Shown here in pieces: positions 1 to 8,113 of a stretch of 64,000 bases of DNA; within the stretch, counting starts at the first letter, position 1, and each line of letters begins with the position of its first letter. The stretch is from an uncultured candidatus Porisulfidus sp. (GTDB lineage Bacteria; Pseudomonadota; Gammaproteobacteria; Poriferisulfidales; Poriferisulfidaceae), in the NCBI GenBank assembly GCA_965204575.1, contig OZ241993.1, positions 224,001-288,000 of the forward strand. The letters are read 5' to 3'. Below the pieces are notes generated by a model. It did no database searches, was not told where the DNA came from, and saw only the letters and a program-made list of their open reading frames with translations. The position numbers and the translations under genes were made by a program.

Positions 1-2
1 CC

Positions 3-890
3 ATCGTCATACTCGACCGCTTCATCGAACAAAATCCGTTACACACGCATGTCGCGTACGCGCATTACATGCATGGCGTCGCCTATCTGGATTACGGTCG
101 GACCCTGTTGCACTATGTTCTTCCCTACATCCGGCATAACAAGGACCCGACTCCATGGCTGCTCGCGTTCAAGAGTTTTTCCCTGATCGTGACGAAATAC
201 CCGGAATCGCGATATGCGACGGATGCTCGCCAGCACACTATCTTCCTGCGCAACCTGCTGGCACGTTATGAACTGCACGTCGCGGATTTCTATCTGCGCC
301 GCAAAGCTTATGTCGCGGTTGTCAACCGATGCAAGCAGGCGCTGGCCCGCTATCACGGTGCGCCAAATATGGATGACATGTTGTGGTACCTGGAACAAGG
401 GTACCGGCATCTGGAGATGCACCAGCTCGCGGATGATACGCGGAGCGTTCGAGATCTCAACTTCCCGGACTACGAAGCCCGCATGGTTGCCGAGGAAGAA
501 GAACCGACTTGGCTATCAAACACGGGTGAATGGATCAGCGATACGGTCGACAGCGCCGCCATCATGGTCGGGTTCGACATCGAGGAATTCCCGCCACCCG
601 ATTTCAGCGGCGAATACCAGAGGGTCGTTCTCAACCTCGGCGAGGCCGAGGAGTTCGTCGCTTCGCATGAACCGGACAAGGTCGTAGTCAGTGAGGTTAC
701 GAGCGGCCACATCCCGGATTCGGATATCGATTCCCAAGGCCTTTGGTACCAGTTACGGCGATTGTTCAGTTCGTCGGACGACGAGGAATTGCCAAGTGCC
801 CCGGGCGACACCCCGGAGCCTGTCGTCAGTTCAGAGGCTCCTGAAACGCCGGCGGAAGAAAGCGCACCGACCCCGGCACCATCGAACTGA
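3..890 (+). CDS. bamD: Outer membrane protein assembly factor BamD (5'-truncated by window), with long acidic C-terminal extension
   Basis: Frame open from base 3: LDRFIEQNPLHTHVAYAHYMHG, then KYPESRYATDA...LARYELHVADFYLRRKAYVAVVNR, typical BamD TPR motifs. Confidence 0.9.
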   Translation: MVILDRFIEQNPLHTHVAYAHYMHGVAYLDYGRTLLHYVLPYIRHNKDPTPWLLAFKSFSLIVTKYPESRYATDARQHTIFLRNLLARYELHVADFYLRRKAYVAVVNRCKQALARYHGAPNMDDMLWYLEQGYRHLEMHQLADDTRSVRDLNFPDYEARMVAEEEEPTWLSNTGEWISDTVDSAAIMVGFDIEEFPPPDFSGEYQRVVLNLGEAEEFVASHEPDKVVVSEVTSGHIPDSDIDSQGLWYQLRRLFSSSDDEELPSAPGDTPEPVVSSEAPETPAEESAPTPAPSN

Positions 891-899
891 TCCAGGCAA

Positions 900-2498
900 T
901 CACGCTTTATATCCGGACGTGATCGGGTAACGCCGGTCCCTTCCAAATGCCCGCTCTGTCGTCTTCACTCCCGGCGGCGCCTGTCGACGTTTGTACTCAC
1001 TCTTGAGCACCTGGGCAACCACGTCGCGAACCAGGTCAGAATCAAACCCCTGCTCGACAATCTCCGAAGGCGAACGATCCTCCTCAATGAACAGGCGCAA
1101 CACGGCGTCCAGCACGGCGTAGTCCGGCAGCGAATCAGAGTCTTTCTGGTCCGGCTTCAGCTCCGCCGACGGGGGGCGGGTCAGGATTCGCTCCGGAATG
1201 ATTTCCCGGTCACGGTTGCAGTGGCGGGCCAACTGGTAGACCCGGGTCTTGAAGATGTCCTTGAGCGGTGCAAATCCCCCCGCCATATCACCGTACAGGG
1301 TCGCATAGCCGACCGCCATCTCGCTTTTGTTTCCAGTCGTCAGCAACAATTTGCCACTGTGATTCGAGCGGGCCATCAGCAGCAAGCCGCGGATACGCGC
1401 CTGCAGGTTCTGGCAAACCAGATCGTCCTGCTCGGCTTCCGGCCCCAAGGTTTCAAGCATGGACTGGAAGGCAGGTTCAATTGACAGATTCAGGAACGAA
1501 ATGCCCAGACGCTCGCACAACAGCATAGCGTCCTCAATGCTGGCCCCCGATGTGTACCGCGAGGGCATCAACACCGCCTCCAGCCGTTCCGCCCCCAAGG
1601 CATCCGCCGCAATGACCAGCGTCAAGGCCGAATCGATTCCGCCAGACAGACCCACCAGCGCGCCAGAGGCACGGTGCTTGTCCACATAGTCGCGCACGCC
1701 CAGTACCAGCGCCTGGTATAGGGTCGCATCCTCATCCAGGTCTTCGACATCCTGCCGGGAACTGATCCAGCCCGAATCTTTGGGCGTCAGTTCCAGTTCA
1801 GCCTCGACGAACGAAGGAAGTTGCGCGATCCGCTGCCCGGAAGCATCCAGGACAAAACTTGCGCCATCGAAAACCAACTCGTCCTGCCCGCCGACCTGGT
1901 TGACGTACCAGACCGGGCAATCGGTTTCCCGCGCACGTGCACGTGCGACTTCCAAGCGCTTGGACGCCTTGCGCAGGTCGAACGGGGAAGCGTTCAGACA
2001 GACCAGAACTTCGGCCCCGGCCGCCGCCAGGTCTGCAGCCGGTTCCGGCTGCCATAAATCCTCGCAGATCAGCAACCCCAACCGCCGCCCGGCCTCGATG
2101 ACGAAAGGCTTCGAACCCGGAACGAAGTAGCGCTGCTCGTCAAAGACATCGTAATGCGGTAGAAGCTTCTTGCACGCGAAACCCGCCTGTCGGCCCTGAT
2201 GCAGGACGCAGGCCGCGTTGTACAAGGCACCGTTTTCGCGTACGGGAGCCCCCACGATCACCCAGTGTTCACCAACTTGATGCGCCAATTCTTCCAGGGC
2301 AGAAGCGATCTGGTCGATGAAATCATCCCGCAGCAGAAGATCTTCCGGGGGATAGCCGCACAACGCAAGTTCCGGAAAAACCCAGATCGAAGGTTCTTCC
2401 CAAGTTTCCAGCCACGCTTGGATGCGGACCCGGTTGCCATCAATGTCGCCGACCAGTGGGTTGAACTGGACAAGTCGAACAGACAGAAGATTAGTCAT
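900..2498 (-). CDS. nadE: Glutamine-dependent NAD+ synthetase
   Basis: Nitrilase domain (FPEL, ICEDLW) plus synthetase motifs GLSGGIDS, NLQARIRG, TGNKSE, PPSAEL. Confidence 0.95.
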   Translation of the reverse strand: MTNLLSVRLVQFNPLVGDIDGNRVRIQAWLETWEEPSIWVFPELALCGYPPEDLLLRDDFIDQIASALEELAHQVGEHWVIVGAPVRENGALYNAACVLHQGRQAGFACKKLLPHYDVFDEQRYFVPGSKPFVIEAGRRLGLLICEDLWQPEPAADLAAAGAEVLVCLNASPFDLRKASKRLEVARARARETDCPVWYVNQVGGQDELVFDGASFVLDASGQRIAQLPSFVEAELELTPKDSGWISSRQDVEDLDEDATLYQALVLGVRDYVDKHRASGALVGLSGGIDSALTLVIAADALGAERLEAVLMPSRYTSGASIEDAMLLCERLGISFLNLSIEPAFQSMLETLGPEAEQDDLVCQNLQARIRGLLLMARSNHSGKLLLTTGNKSEMAVGYATLYGDMAGGFAPLKDIFKTRVYQLARHCNRDREIIPERILTRPPSAELKPDQKDSDSLPDYAVLDAVLRLFIEEDRSPSEIVEQGFDSDLVRDVVAQVLKSEYKRRQAPPGVKTTERAFGRDRRYPITSGYKA

Positions 2499-2530
2499 GA
2501 CGAGAGTGGCAAATATTCATCTATTTATAG

Positions 2531-2672
2531 GGGGCTCATATACAATAATCCGCAAGCAGACCTTGTATATCCATTGACAGATCATCGGGGTCGCTTGACC
2601 GAACCGTGCCCGAAGGCCCGGCCCGGACAGAGGCGAACGCCCCTCCCTGTCCAGCCGCGCCAGTCCCCAACG
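2531..2672 (-). ncRNA. Putative omega-RNA scaffold of E1 (overlaps tnpB 3' end)
   Basis: GGACAG/CTGTC complementarity, GGGGCG..CGC/GCGACCCC stem, C-UUCG-G hairpin, terminal stem pairing into the TIR; nearly identical in E2; boundaries inferred. Confidence 0.65.
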
Positions 2673-3846
2673 CCAATATATTGAACGCGGCATTGATGTC
2701 CGCATTCCCCGCGTATCCGCAGGATACGCATTCGAATCTCTCTCGCCGACGGTTCGCCTCCGCCACATGCCCGCATCGGTGACAACGCTGGCTCGTGTAC
2801 GCCGGGTCGACCGTCTCCACCCGGTGCGCCTTGTACTCCAGCATGAAGCGCAATCGGCCCCAGCCGCTTTCCGCAATGCTCCGGTTCAAGGTGGATTTCG
2901 CCTTGACGTGCTTGCCGGGTTTCTCCACCGTGCCTCTGGCTGACTTCATCATGTTCCTGATCTTCAGACCCTCCACGCAGACCGTCCCGAACCGGTCCGC
3001 CAAGTCATGGCTGACATGGTGCTTCCAGTTGTCCCGGATATAGGCGATCCTCCGGTGCAGTTTCGCCACGATTCTCCGCTCCTTCTCGCGGCGGTGCGAA
3101 TTCACCATGATGGCTTTGCCTTGTCGAGTCACCCTCGGCCCCCCGTCCGCATCCAGCAAAGGCACGCGCTTGCGCCTCTGCATCTTCCGTTGGTGCCGCT
3201 TCAGCCGGGTCTCAAGGCGGGACACGTCCGGCATGAAAATCCGCTCCGGCTCCGTGGTCGCCACGTTCCACTTCCCTAGGTCCAGCCCGACCGCCTCGCC
3301 GTTGTCCGCCAGTTCCGCATCCGGCACTTCCCAGAACACCGACACATACCACTTCCCGTTGGGATGCTTGGCCACCACCGCCTGCTTCGCCTTGCCGTAG
3401 GCCCACGGGTCGCCGCCCTGACGGTGGATCGGCACCCAGCCCACCTTGGTCACGTAGAGTTTGCCGTCCGCAATCCGCACGTTCTGCGGAATCGTGAACG
3501 AATCGCCGGCTTCCTTGTGCTTGAACTTCGGAAAGCCACGTTGGCCCTTCCGGGCCTCTCTCATCGCATCCGCATACCTTTTCAGCGCGTACCGCACTTC
3601 CGTATACGGCAACGCCTTCAGCCATTCGTGGCCTTCGCTGTTGCGCAGCCTCGTGAATGCCAGGCTTAGAGTGAAGAAAGTCGGCGAGGGTTTCTCTCCT
3701 TGCCCTTCTTTATAGGCTTTCATCGCATCCCGGTTCTGTCCGACCGCCCAGTTCCAGACGTAGCGGTTCGCCCCGGCGATGCCGGACAGCAGCTGTCCCC
3801 GGCGCAGGGTGCCGGGATACAGGCGATAGACGGATGAACGGATCAT
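2536..3846 (-). CDS. tnpB: TnpB RNA-guided endonuclease
   Basis: N-terminal YRLYP...ANRYVWNW, RuvC-I GLDLG, RuvC-II VEGL, YTSQ, Zn finger CHRCG/CVSCG, RuvC-III ADINAA; start set at MIRSS by comparison with the second copy. Confidence 0.95.
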   Translation of the reverse strand: MIRSSVYRLYPGTLRRGQLLSGIAGANRYVWNWAVGQNRDAMKAYKEGQGEKPSPTFFTLSLAFTRLRNSEGHEWLKALPYTEVRYALKRYADAMREARKGQRGFPKFKHKEAGDSFTIPQNVRIADGKLYVTKVGWVPIHRQGGDPWAYGKAKQAVVAKHPNGKWYVSVFWEVPDAELADNGEAVGLDLGKWNVATTEPERIFMPDVSRLETRLKRHQRKMQRRKRVPLLDADGGPRVTRQGKAIMVNSHRREKERRIVAKLHRRIAYIRDNWKHHVSHDLADRFGTVCVEGLKIRNMMKSARGTVEKPGKHVKAKSTLNRSIAESGWGRLRFMLEYKAHRVETVDPAYTSQRCHRCGHVAEANRRRERFECVSCGYAGNADINAAFNILALGTGAAGQGGAFASVRAGPSGTVRSSDPDDLSMDIQGLLADYCI

Positions 3847-3852
3847 GAAAGG

Positions 3853-3882
3853 ATTATGCCATGCCGGAAACCGATTCGACAA
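3853..3882 (-). promoter_or_regulatory. Probable sigma70 promoter for leaderless tnpB mRNA
   Basis: TTGTCG-18 bp-CATAAT with extended TGG, 6 nt before ATG; TGGCATAAT and its spacing conserved in E2. Confidence 0.5.
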
Positions 3883-3975
3883 AAACAAGATAAGGTATTG
3901 AATATATACGAATTATCGTGGGTTTTGCGGATTATCGTATACAATTCCCATTTATAGCCTATTGGGTGTTTGAAA

Positions 3976-4302
3976 TTACTTGGGAAATGCGATTCCAAAA
4001 TCCTCTCGAAACCTGTCGATCTGGTGCATGCGCTCATGCAAAATCGTAACAATGCCAATATCTCCATTTCTGAGCTTTTTCCAGTAGACGTAGTGTCTCT
4101 CGTATCGACAAAAATAACCATCCACTCCAAACTCTGCCGGAATCGGGCGGGACAGAATGCAATCCGCCTCAATCGCGGTGAACACCTCAAACAACCCTAT
4201 TATGTAAGCATCAGCCTGATTAATCCCCCACTTGTCGCGAGAGTATTGATAAATCTCATCAATACGGAGAGAAGCCGCTTCCTGAACGCGGACTGATGCC
4301 AT
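3976..4302 (-). CDS. ParE/RelE family toxin
   Basis: EAASLRIDEIYQYSRDKWGINQADAY...RYERHYVYW...IVTILHERM; downstream of an RHH antitoxin. Confidence 0.85.
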   Translation of the reverse strand: MASVRVQEAASLRIDEIYQYSRDKWGINQADAYIIGLFEVFTAIEADCILSRPIPAEFGVDGYFCRYERHYVYWKKLRNGDIGIVTILHERMHQIDRFREDFGIAFPK

Positions 4303-4310
4303 GCACAAGC

Positions 4311-4565
4311 CTACGTCTTGTTCCGTTCAATGACATCCGAAGCCGAAAGAGGATGAAATGAACTGTCTGGTGCGGCAAAAGCATGTTTCAGTTCAGCCTT
4401 AAGGCGTTCAAAAGCCTCCTGCTCCGCCCGTTCTTTATCACGTCGAATCAAGTCGCGAACATACTCGCTGACATTCTCGTACGACCCAGCCTCGCTGACA
4501 TTCGCTGAAACGAAATCACTGAGTGCACCACTGAGGCGAACCGTCATTGTTGTTGTACGTGCCAT
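4311..4565 (-). CDS. ParD-like CopG/RHH antitoxin
   Basis: MTVRLSG...GSYENVSEYVRDLIRRD motif. Confidence 0.85.
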   Translation of the reverse strand: MARTTTMTVRLSGALSDFVSANVSEAGSYENVSEYVRDLIRRDKERAEQEAFERLKAELKHAFAAPDSSFHPLSASDVIERNKT

Positions 4566-4584
4566 AACAATTTAATCACAAAAG

Positions 4585-4615
4585 ATGTAATTAATATACT
4601 TAATATTAATTACAT
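4585..4615. promoter_or_regulatory. Perfect 13-bp inverted repeat, probable TA operator
   Basis: ATGTAATTAATAT-acTta-ATATTAATTACAT about 20 bp upstream of the antitoxin start. Confidence 0.6.
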
Positions 4616-4646
4616 ATGCAACCCTTATCATCGCTCCCTTATCAAC

Positions 4647-5876
4647 TTAGCTTTCGGGAATCAATCGTAGCAGTTGCCCGTCCGCATCGTCCGTCAGCAA
4701 GTAAATCAGGCCATCCTCCAGTACTCGAATGTCACGAATTCGGTGGCCTTGGGGCTCCGGCAGAACCTGCTCGTGCACTCCGCCGTCCTGTCTTAGCTGC
4801 ACTCGGTATACACTGCGGAACTTCAGCGCGCCGACCAACATCTGCCCGCGCCATGCGGCGAAAGGTTTTCCGTCGTAGACCGCGAACCCTGAAGGGGCAA
4901 TTGACGGCGTCCAGTGCCACACAGGCGGCTCGATGCCCGGCGCATGAGTCTGTTCGCTGATGAGTCCACCGGTGTACTCGCGTCCATGCGTCACCCGGGG
5001 CCAGCCGTAGTTGGCCCCCGCCTGAATCCGGTTCAATTCATCCCCGCCCTTGGGCCCATGTTCGTGTAACCAGAGTTTGCCGTCGAAAGGATTCCACGCT
5101 AATCCCTGCGGATTGCGGTGGCCGTAAGAGTACACCTCCGGCAGAACATCGGCGTTCCCGACAAACGGATTGTCCTCTGGAACCCTCCCATCCGCATGTA
5201 AGCGAATCAGTTTGCCCCAATGGCTGTTCAGTTCTTGCGCGTTCTCGCGCTCGCCTCGGTCTCCCACGGCCAGGAACAGGTATCCCTCGGCATCGAATGC
5301 CAACCGGCCTGCAAAATGCCAAGTCAATCCTCCGCATGGATGCGCTTCGAACAGCAACTGGCCGTCCTCAAGGCGATGGTTCTGCAGGCGGTAGCGACTC
5401 AACACCGTGGTGAAGCCCGTCGCACAGACTCTGCTATAGCTGAGATAGATCCAGCGGTTGTCCGCTCGCCCGTATTCCGGGTGCAGAACCACATCCAGAA
5501 GCCCTCCTTGCCCAACCCGGTCCACTTTCGGCACGCCTTCGATGGAGTGGCGGCTTGAAAAGTCAGCGCTCAGGTGCAACAGGCGTCCGGGCTTTTCCGT
5601 AACCAGCAAGGAGCCGTCCGGCAACTGTGCCAAGCTCCAGGGATATTCCAACCCCTCTTGCAGCACCTCTACTCGGTATCCCACCTCGTCCGATTCTGCC
5701 ACCGCGGCCTCCAGCGCAAAAACGCCTCCCGCGAGCGCGGGCATCACAGCAAAAAACAACAGCGGAAATCCTCTTGGAATTGCAGGGCGGAAGAGGTTTC
5801 CCTCTTGGGCACGAGTTCCCAACTTCCGATGACGCGAAACCTTCACTGCCCCACTCCCCTCACGGAGTAATCGCAA
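4647..5876 (-). CDS. PQQ-dependent sugar dehydrogenase (YliI/Asd family); true start probably further downstream
   Basis: GQGGLLDVVLHP, YSYGHRNPQG, EHGPKGGDELN, NYGWP, PSIAPSG, RIRDI. Confidence 0.9.
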   Translation of the reverse strand: MRLLREGSGAVKVSRHRKLGTRAQEGNLFRPAIPRGFPLLFFAVMPALAGGVFALEAAVAESDEVGYRVEVLQEGLEYPWSLAQLPDGSLLVTEKPGRLLHLSADFSSRHSIEGVPKVDRVGQGGLLDVVLHPEYGRADNRWIYLSYSRVCATGFTTVLSRYRLQNHRLEDGQLLFEAHPCGGLTWHFAGRLAFDAEGYLFLAVGDRGERENAQELNSHWGKLIRLHADGRVPEDNPFVGNADVLPEVYSYGHRNPQGLAWNPFDGKLWLHEHGPKGGDELNRIQAGANYGWPRVTHGREYTGGLISEQTHAPGIEPPVWHWTPSIAPSGFAVYDGKPFAAWRGQMLVGALKFRSVYRVQLRQDGGVHEQVLPEPQGHRIRDIRVLEDGLIYLLTDDADGQLLRLIPES

Positions 5877-5919
5877 TTCACTAACCCCTACAATACACTA
5901 GGAGTATCCGGTCGCATCA

Positions 5920-6714
5920 ATGCCGCATTCCGAAGTTTTCTGGCTCTGCGCCGCATTCGTGGCCGGAACTGCCGCAGGCAGTTTTCTGAACGTGCTGGTA
6001 CACCGCCTCCCCGTCATGGCGCGCGGAGAAAACCCCGAATTGACCTTGTGGTCTCCGCGTTCACACTGTCCCCATTGCGGCCAAACGATCCGTTTGCGCC
6101 ATCTGGTCCCGATCCTCGGCTACCTCGCCCTGCGGGGCCGGTGCGCCTTCTGCAGAGCCCCCATCTCCTTGCGCTACCCCGTGCTGGAACTAACGGCGGG
6201 ATTGCTTGCCGTCGGCATAGTCGCGAACGCGGACAGCTTGCTCGAAGCCGGTGCCTACGCCGTGCTGGGCTGGGGACTTCTGGCGCTTGCCCTCATCGAC
6301 TGGCAGGCGCAACTGTTACCGGACTTGCTTGTCTACCCGCTCCTGTGGCTGGGACTGCTGGTGAATACATCCGGGTTGTTCGCGCCGCTGCATGAGGCGG
6401 TCATCGGAGCCGTTACAGGCTACTTGTCGTTGTGGCTTCTGAACCACTTGTTCTACCTCTTGAGGAAAGAACCCGGCATGGGTTATGGTGACTTCAAGAT
6501 GTTTGCCGTATGCGGAGCCTGGCTGGGCTGGATGATGCTGCCCTGGGCCGCTTTTGCCGCTTCGATACTGACGCTCCTGCTGTGGCTTGCCCGGCGCATG
6601 TGGAATCACGCCGAGCGTGCTCTGCCTTTCGGCCCTGCCCTGGCCTTGGCGTTGTTCGGGTTTTTGATCTGGCGGGATTCCGCCCGAGCGCTGATTGGCG
6701 GGTCCGGATTTTGA
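5920..6714 (+). CDS. pilD: Prepilin peptidase / N-methyltransferase
   Basis: GSFLNV, SHCPHC, GRCAFC, LPD, GMGYGDFK, PFGP. Confidence 0.93.
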   Translation: MPHSEVFWLCAAFVAGTAAGSFLNVLVHRLPVMARGENPELTLWSPRSHCPHCGQTIRLRHLVPILGYLALRGRCAFCRAPISLRYPVLELTAGLLAVGIVANADSLLEAGAYAVLGWGLLALALIDWQAQLLPDLLVYPLLWLGLLVNTSGLFAPLHEAVIGAVTGYLSLWLLNHLFYLLRKEPGMGYGDFKMFAVCGAWLGWMMLPWAAFAASILTLLLWLARRMWNHAERALPFGPALALALFGFLIWRDSARALIGGSGF

Positions 6715-6724
6715 GGAGAGGCGC

Positions 6725-7315
6725 GTGATCAAGATCGGCATGACGGGGGGCATCGCCTGCGGCAAATCGCAGGCCGCCCGGTACTTCGAAGAGCGAGGCG
6801 CCCCGGTCATCGATGCCGACGAGGTGGTGCGCGAACTGACGGCCCCGGGTGGCCCGTTCCTCGAAGCCATCGTCGAACGGGCCGGTCCAGACGTGCTGGA
6901 AAGCGATGGCAGCTTGGACCGAACGCTGCTGCGTACGCGTCTTTTCCTCGATTCGGCCCTGCGCCGTGATCTTGAAGCCTTGTTGCATCCCCCGGTGCGG
7001 GCTGCCATCCGCAATTGGTTTACACAGCAGGAAAGGCCCTATGCCATCGCGACAGTTCCCTTGCTGATCGAGGCTGGCTGGCAGGACGACATGGACCGAA
7101 TCCTGGTCGTGAATTGCCCCGAGGACCTGCAGCGCCAGCGACTGCGGGAGCGCTTCCCGAAAATGGATAATAAGCAAGCCGATGCCATCCTGGCAACTCA
7201 ATTGTCGGCGGACGAGCGTCTGCGACACGCCGATGACGTGATCGAGAATGCAGGAAGCATGGACGCCCTGGCCGAGGCCGTGGACGAGCTGCATCAAAAA
7301 TACCTGGCGGCATGA
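6725..7315 (+). CDS. coaE: Dephospho-CoA kinase
   Basis: IGMTGGIACGKS, IDAD, LLHPPV, VPLLIE; pilD-coaE-zapD order. Confidence 0.95.
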   Translation: MIKIGMTGGIACGKSQAARYFEERGAPVIDADEVVRELTAPGGPFLEAIVERAGPDVLESDGSLDRTLLRTRLFLDSALRRDLEALLHPPVRAAIRNWFTQQERPYAIATVPLLIEAGWQDDMDRILVVNCPEDLQRQRLRERFPKMDNKQADAILATQLSADERLRHADDVIENAGSMDALAEAVDELHQKYLAA

Positions 7316-8091
7316 ACGAAGCTCCCCCCACCATAATCTACGAGCAGGCCGTCAACGAACGCATGCGCACGTTCTTGCGGATCGACTTCCTGGCGCGACA
7401 GTTCGAGTATCACTATGCCCAGCCCTCGCTGTGGGAGACCCGGGCCACGGTCGCGACTCTTCTGGAATTCGTCAGCCTGATCAGTCGGCACAACATCAAG
7501 ATCGAACTGATACGGGAGCTGGATCAGCGGCTGGCCTGGCTGGAAATGCTGAGTTCGTCCGACAATGCAGACTTGGACCTCCTGAAAGAAATCGTCGAAC
7601 TGCACCAGAACCTGCGCCATGATGCGCATGACCTTCAGTACCCGGTGCACCAGCATCTGACTCAGCATGACATGCTCAACACGATCAGCCAGCGCATTCG
7701 CATGCCCGGCTGTACCAGCGAGACCGACATTCCGCTGTACCACAACTGGCTGACCAGCCAGCGAGCCGACCATGCCGCCCAGTTGAAGCAATGGTACGAA
7801 CCATTCGCACCGATTATCCAGATCGCGCAAACCGTATTGGAAATGGTTCGAAACAGCGCCACATTCGCCCCCGAAACCGCCAAGGACGGTTGGTTCGAAC
7901 AGGGACTGGATCCCGGCCGGATCCACCAGATGATCCGGATTCGGATGCCTGCGGAGTCAGAGTTCTACCCGGAAATCAGCATCGGAAAACGTTCTTTCAG
8001 CATCGTGTTTCGCGAGGACGGCGATCTGGACCAGCGGCCCGTCCAGACCGACCAGGAAGTCAAGTTCGAGTTGGCCTGCTGCCTGTTCTAG
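7312..8091 (+). CDS. zapD: Cell division protein ZapD
   Basis: IYEQAVNERMRTFLR, YPEIS, FELACC; follows coaE. Confidence 0.9.
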   Translation: MNEAPPTIIYEQAVNERMRTFLRIDFLARQFEYHYAQPSLWETRATVATLLEFVSLISRHNIKIELIRELDQRLAWLEMLSSSDNADLDLLKEIVELHQNLRHDAHDLQYPVHQHLTQHDMLNTISQRIRMPGCTSETDIPLYHNWLTSQRADHAAQLKQWYEPFAPIIQIAQTVLEMVRNSATFAPETAKDGWFEQGLDPGRIHQMIRIRMPAESEFYPEISIGKRSFSIVFREDGDLDQRPVQTDQEVKFELACCLF

Positions 8092-8113
8092 GGCGTCACC
8101 GGGCTCCGGAGTA

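Larger units (their letters stand above)
2531..3949 (-). mobile_element. Non-autonomous TIR element carrying only tnpB (element E1, 1419 bp)
   Basis: Ends read inward GGGGCTCATATACAATAATCCGCAA (2531-2555) and GGGAATTGTATACGATAATCCGCAA (3949-3925), 20/25 identical; direct repeat ATTTATAG at 2523-2530 and 3950-3957; second copy of identical length at 42612-44030. Confidence 0.9.

Noticed and set aside
2574-2578. GTCAA as a canonical IS605 right-end cleavage site
   Set aside because: Conservation between E1 and E2 continues 43 bp past it to the TIR, and it fits the pseudoknot-strand position; kept only as the alternative fixed-guide hypothesis
2536-3846. Cas12f/CRISPR system or nuclease-dead TldR
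   Set aside because: No repeat-spacer array or cas genes seen near any tnpB, and all three RuvC acidic residues are present in each copy
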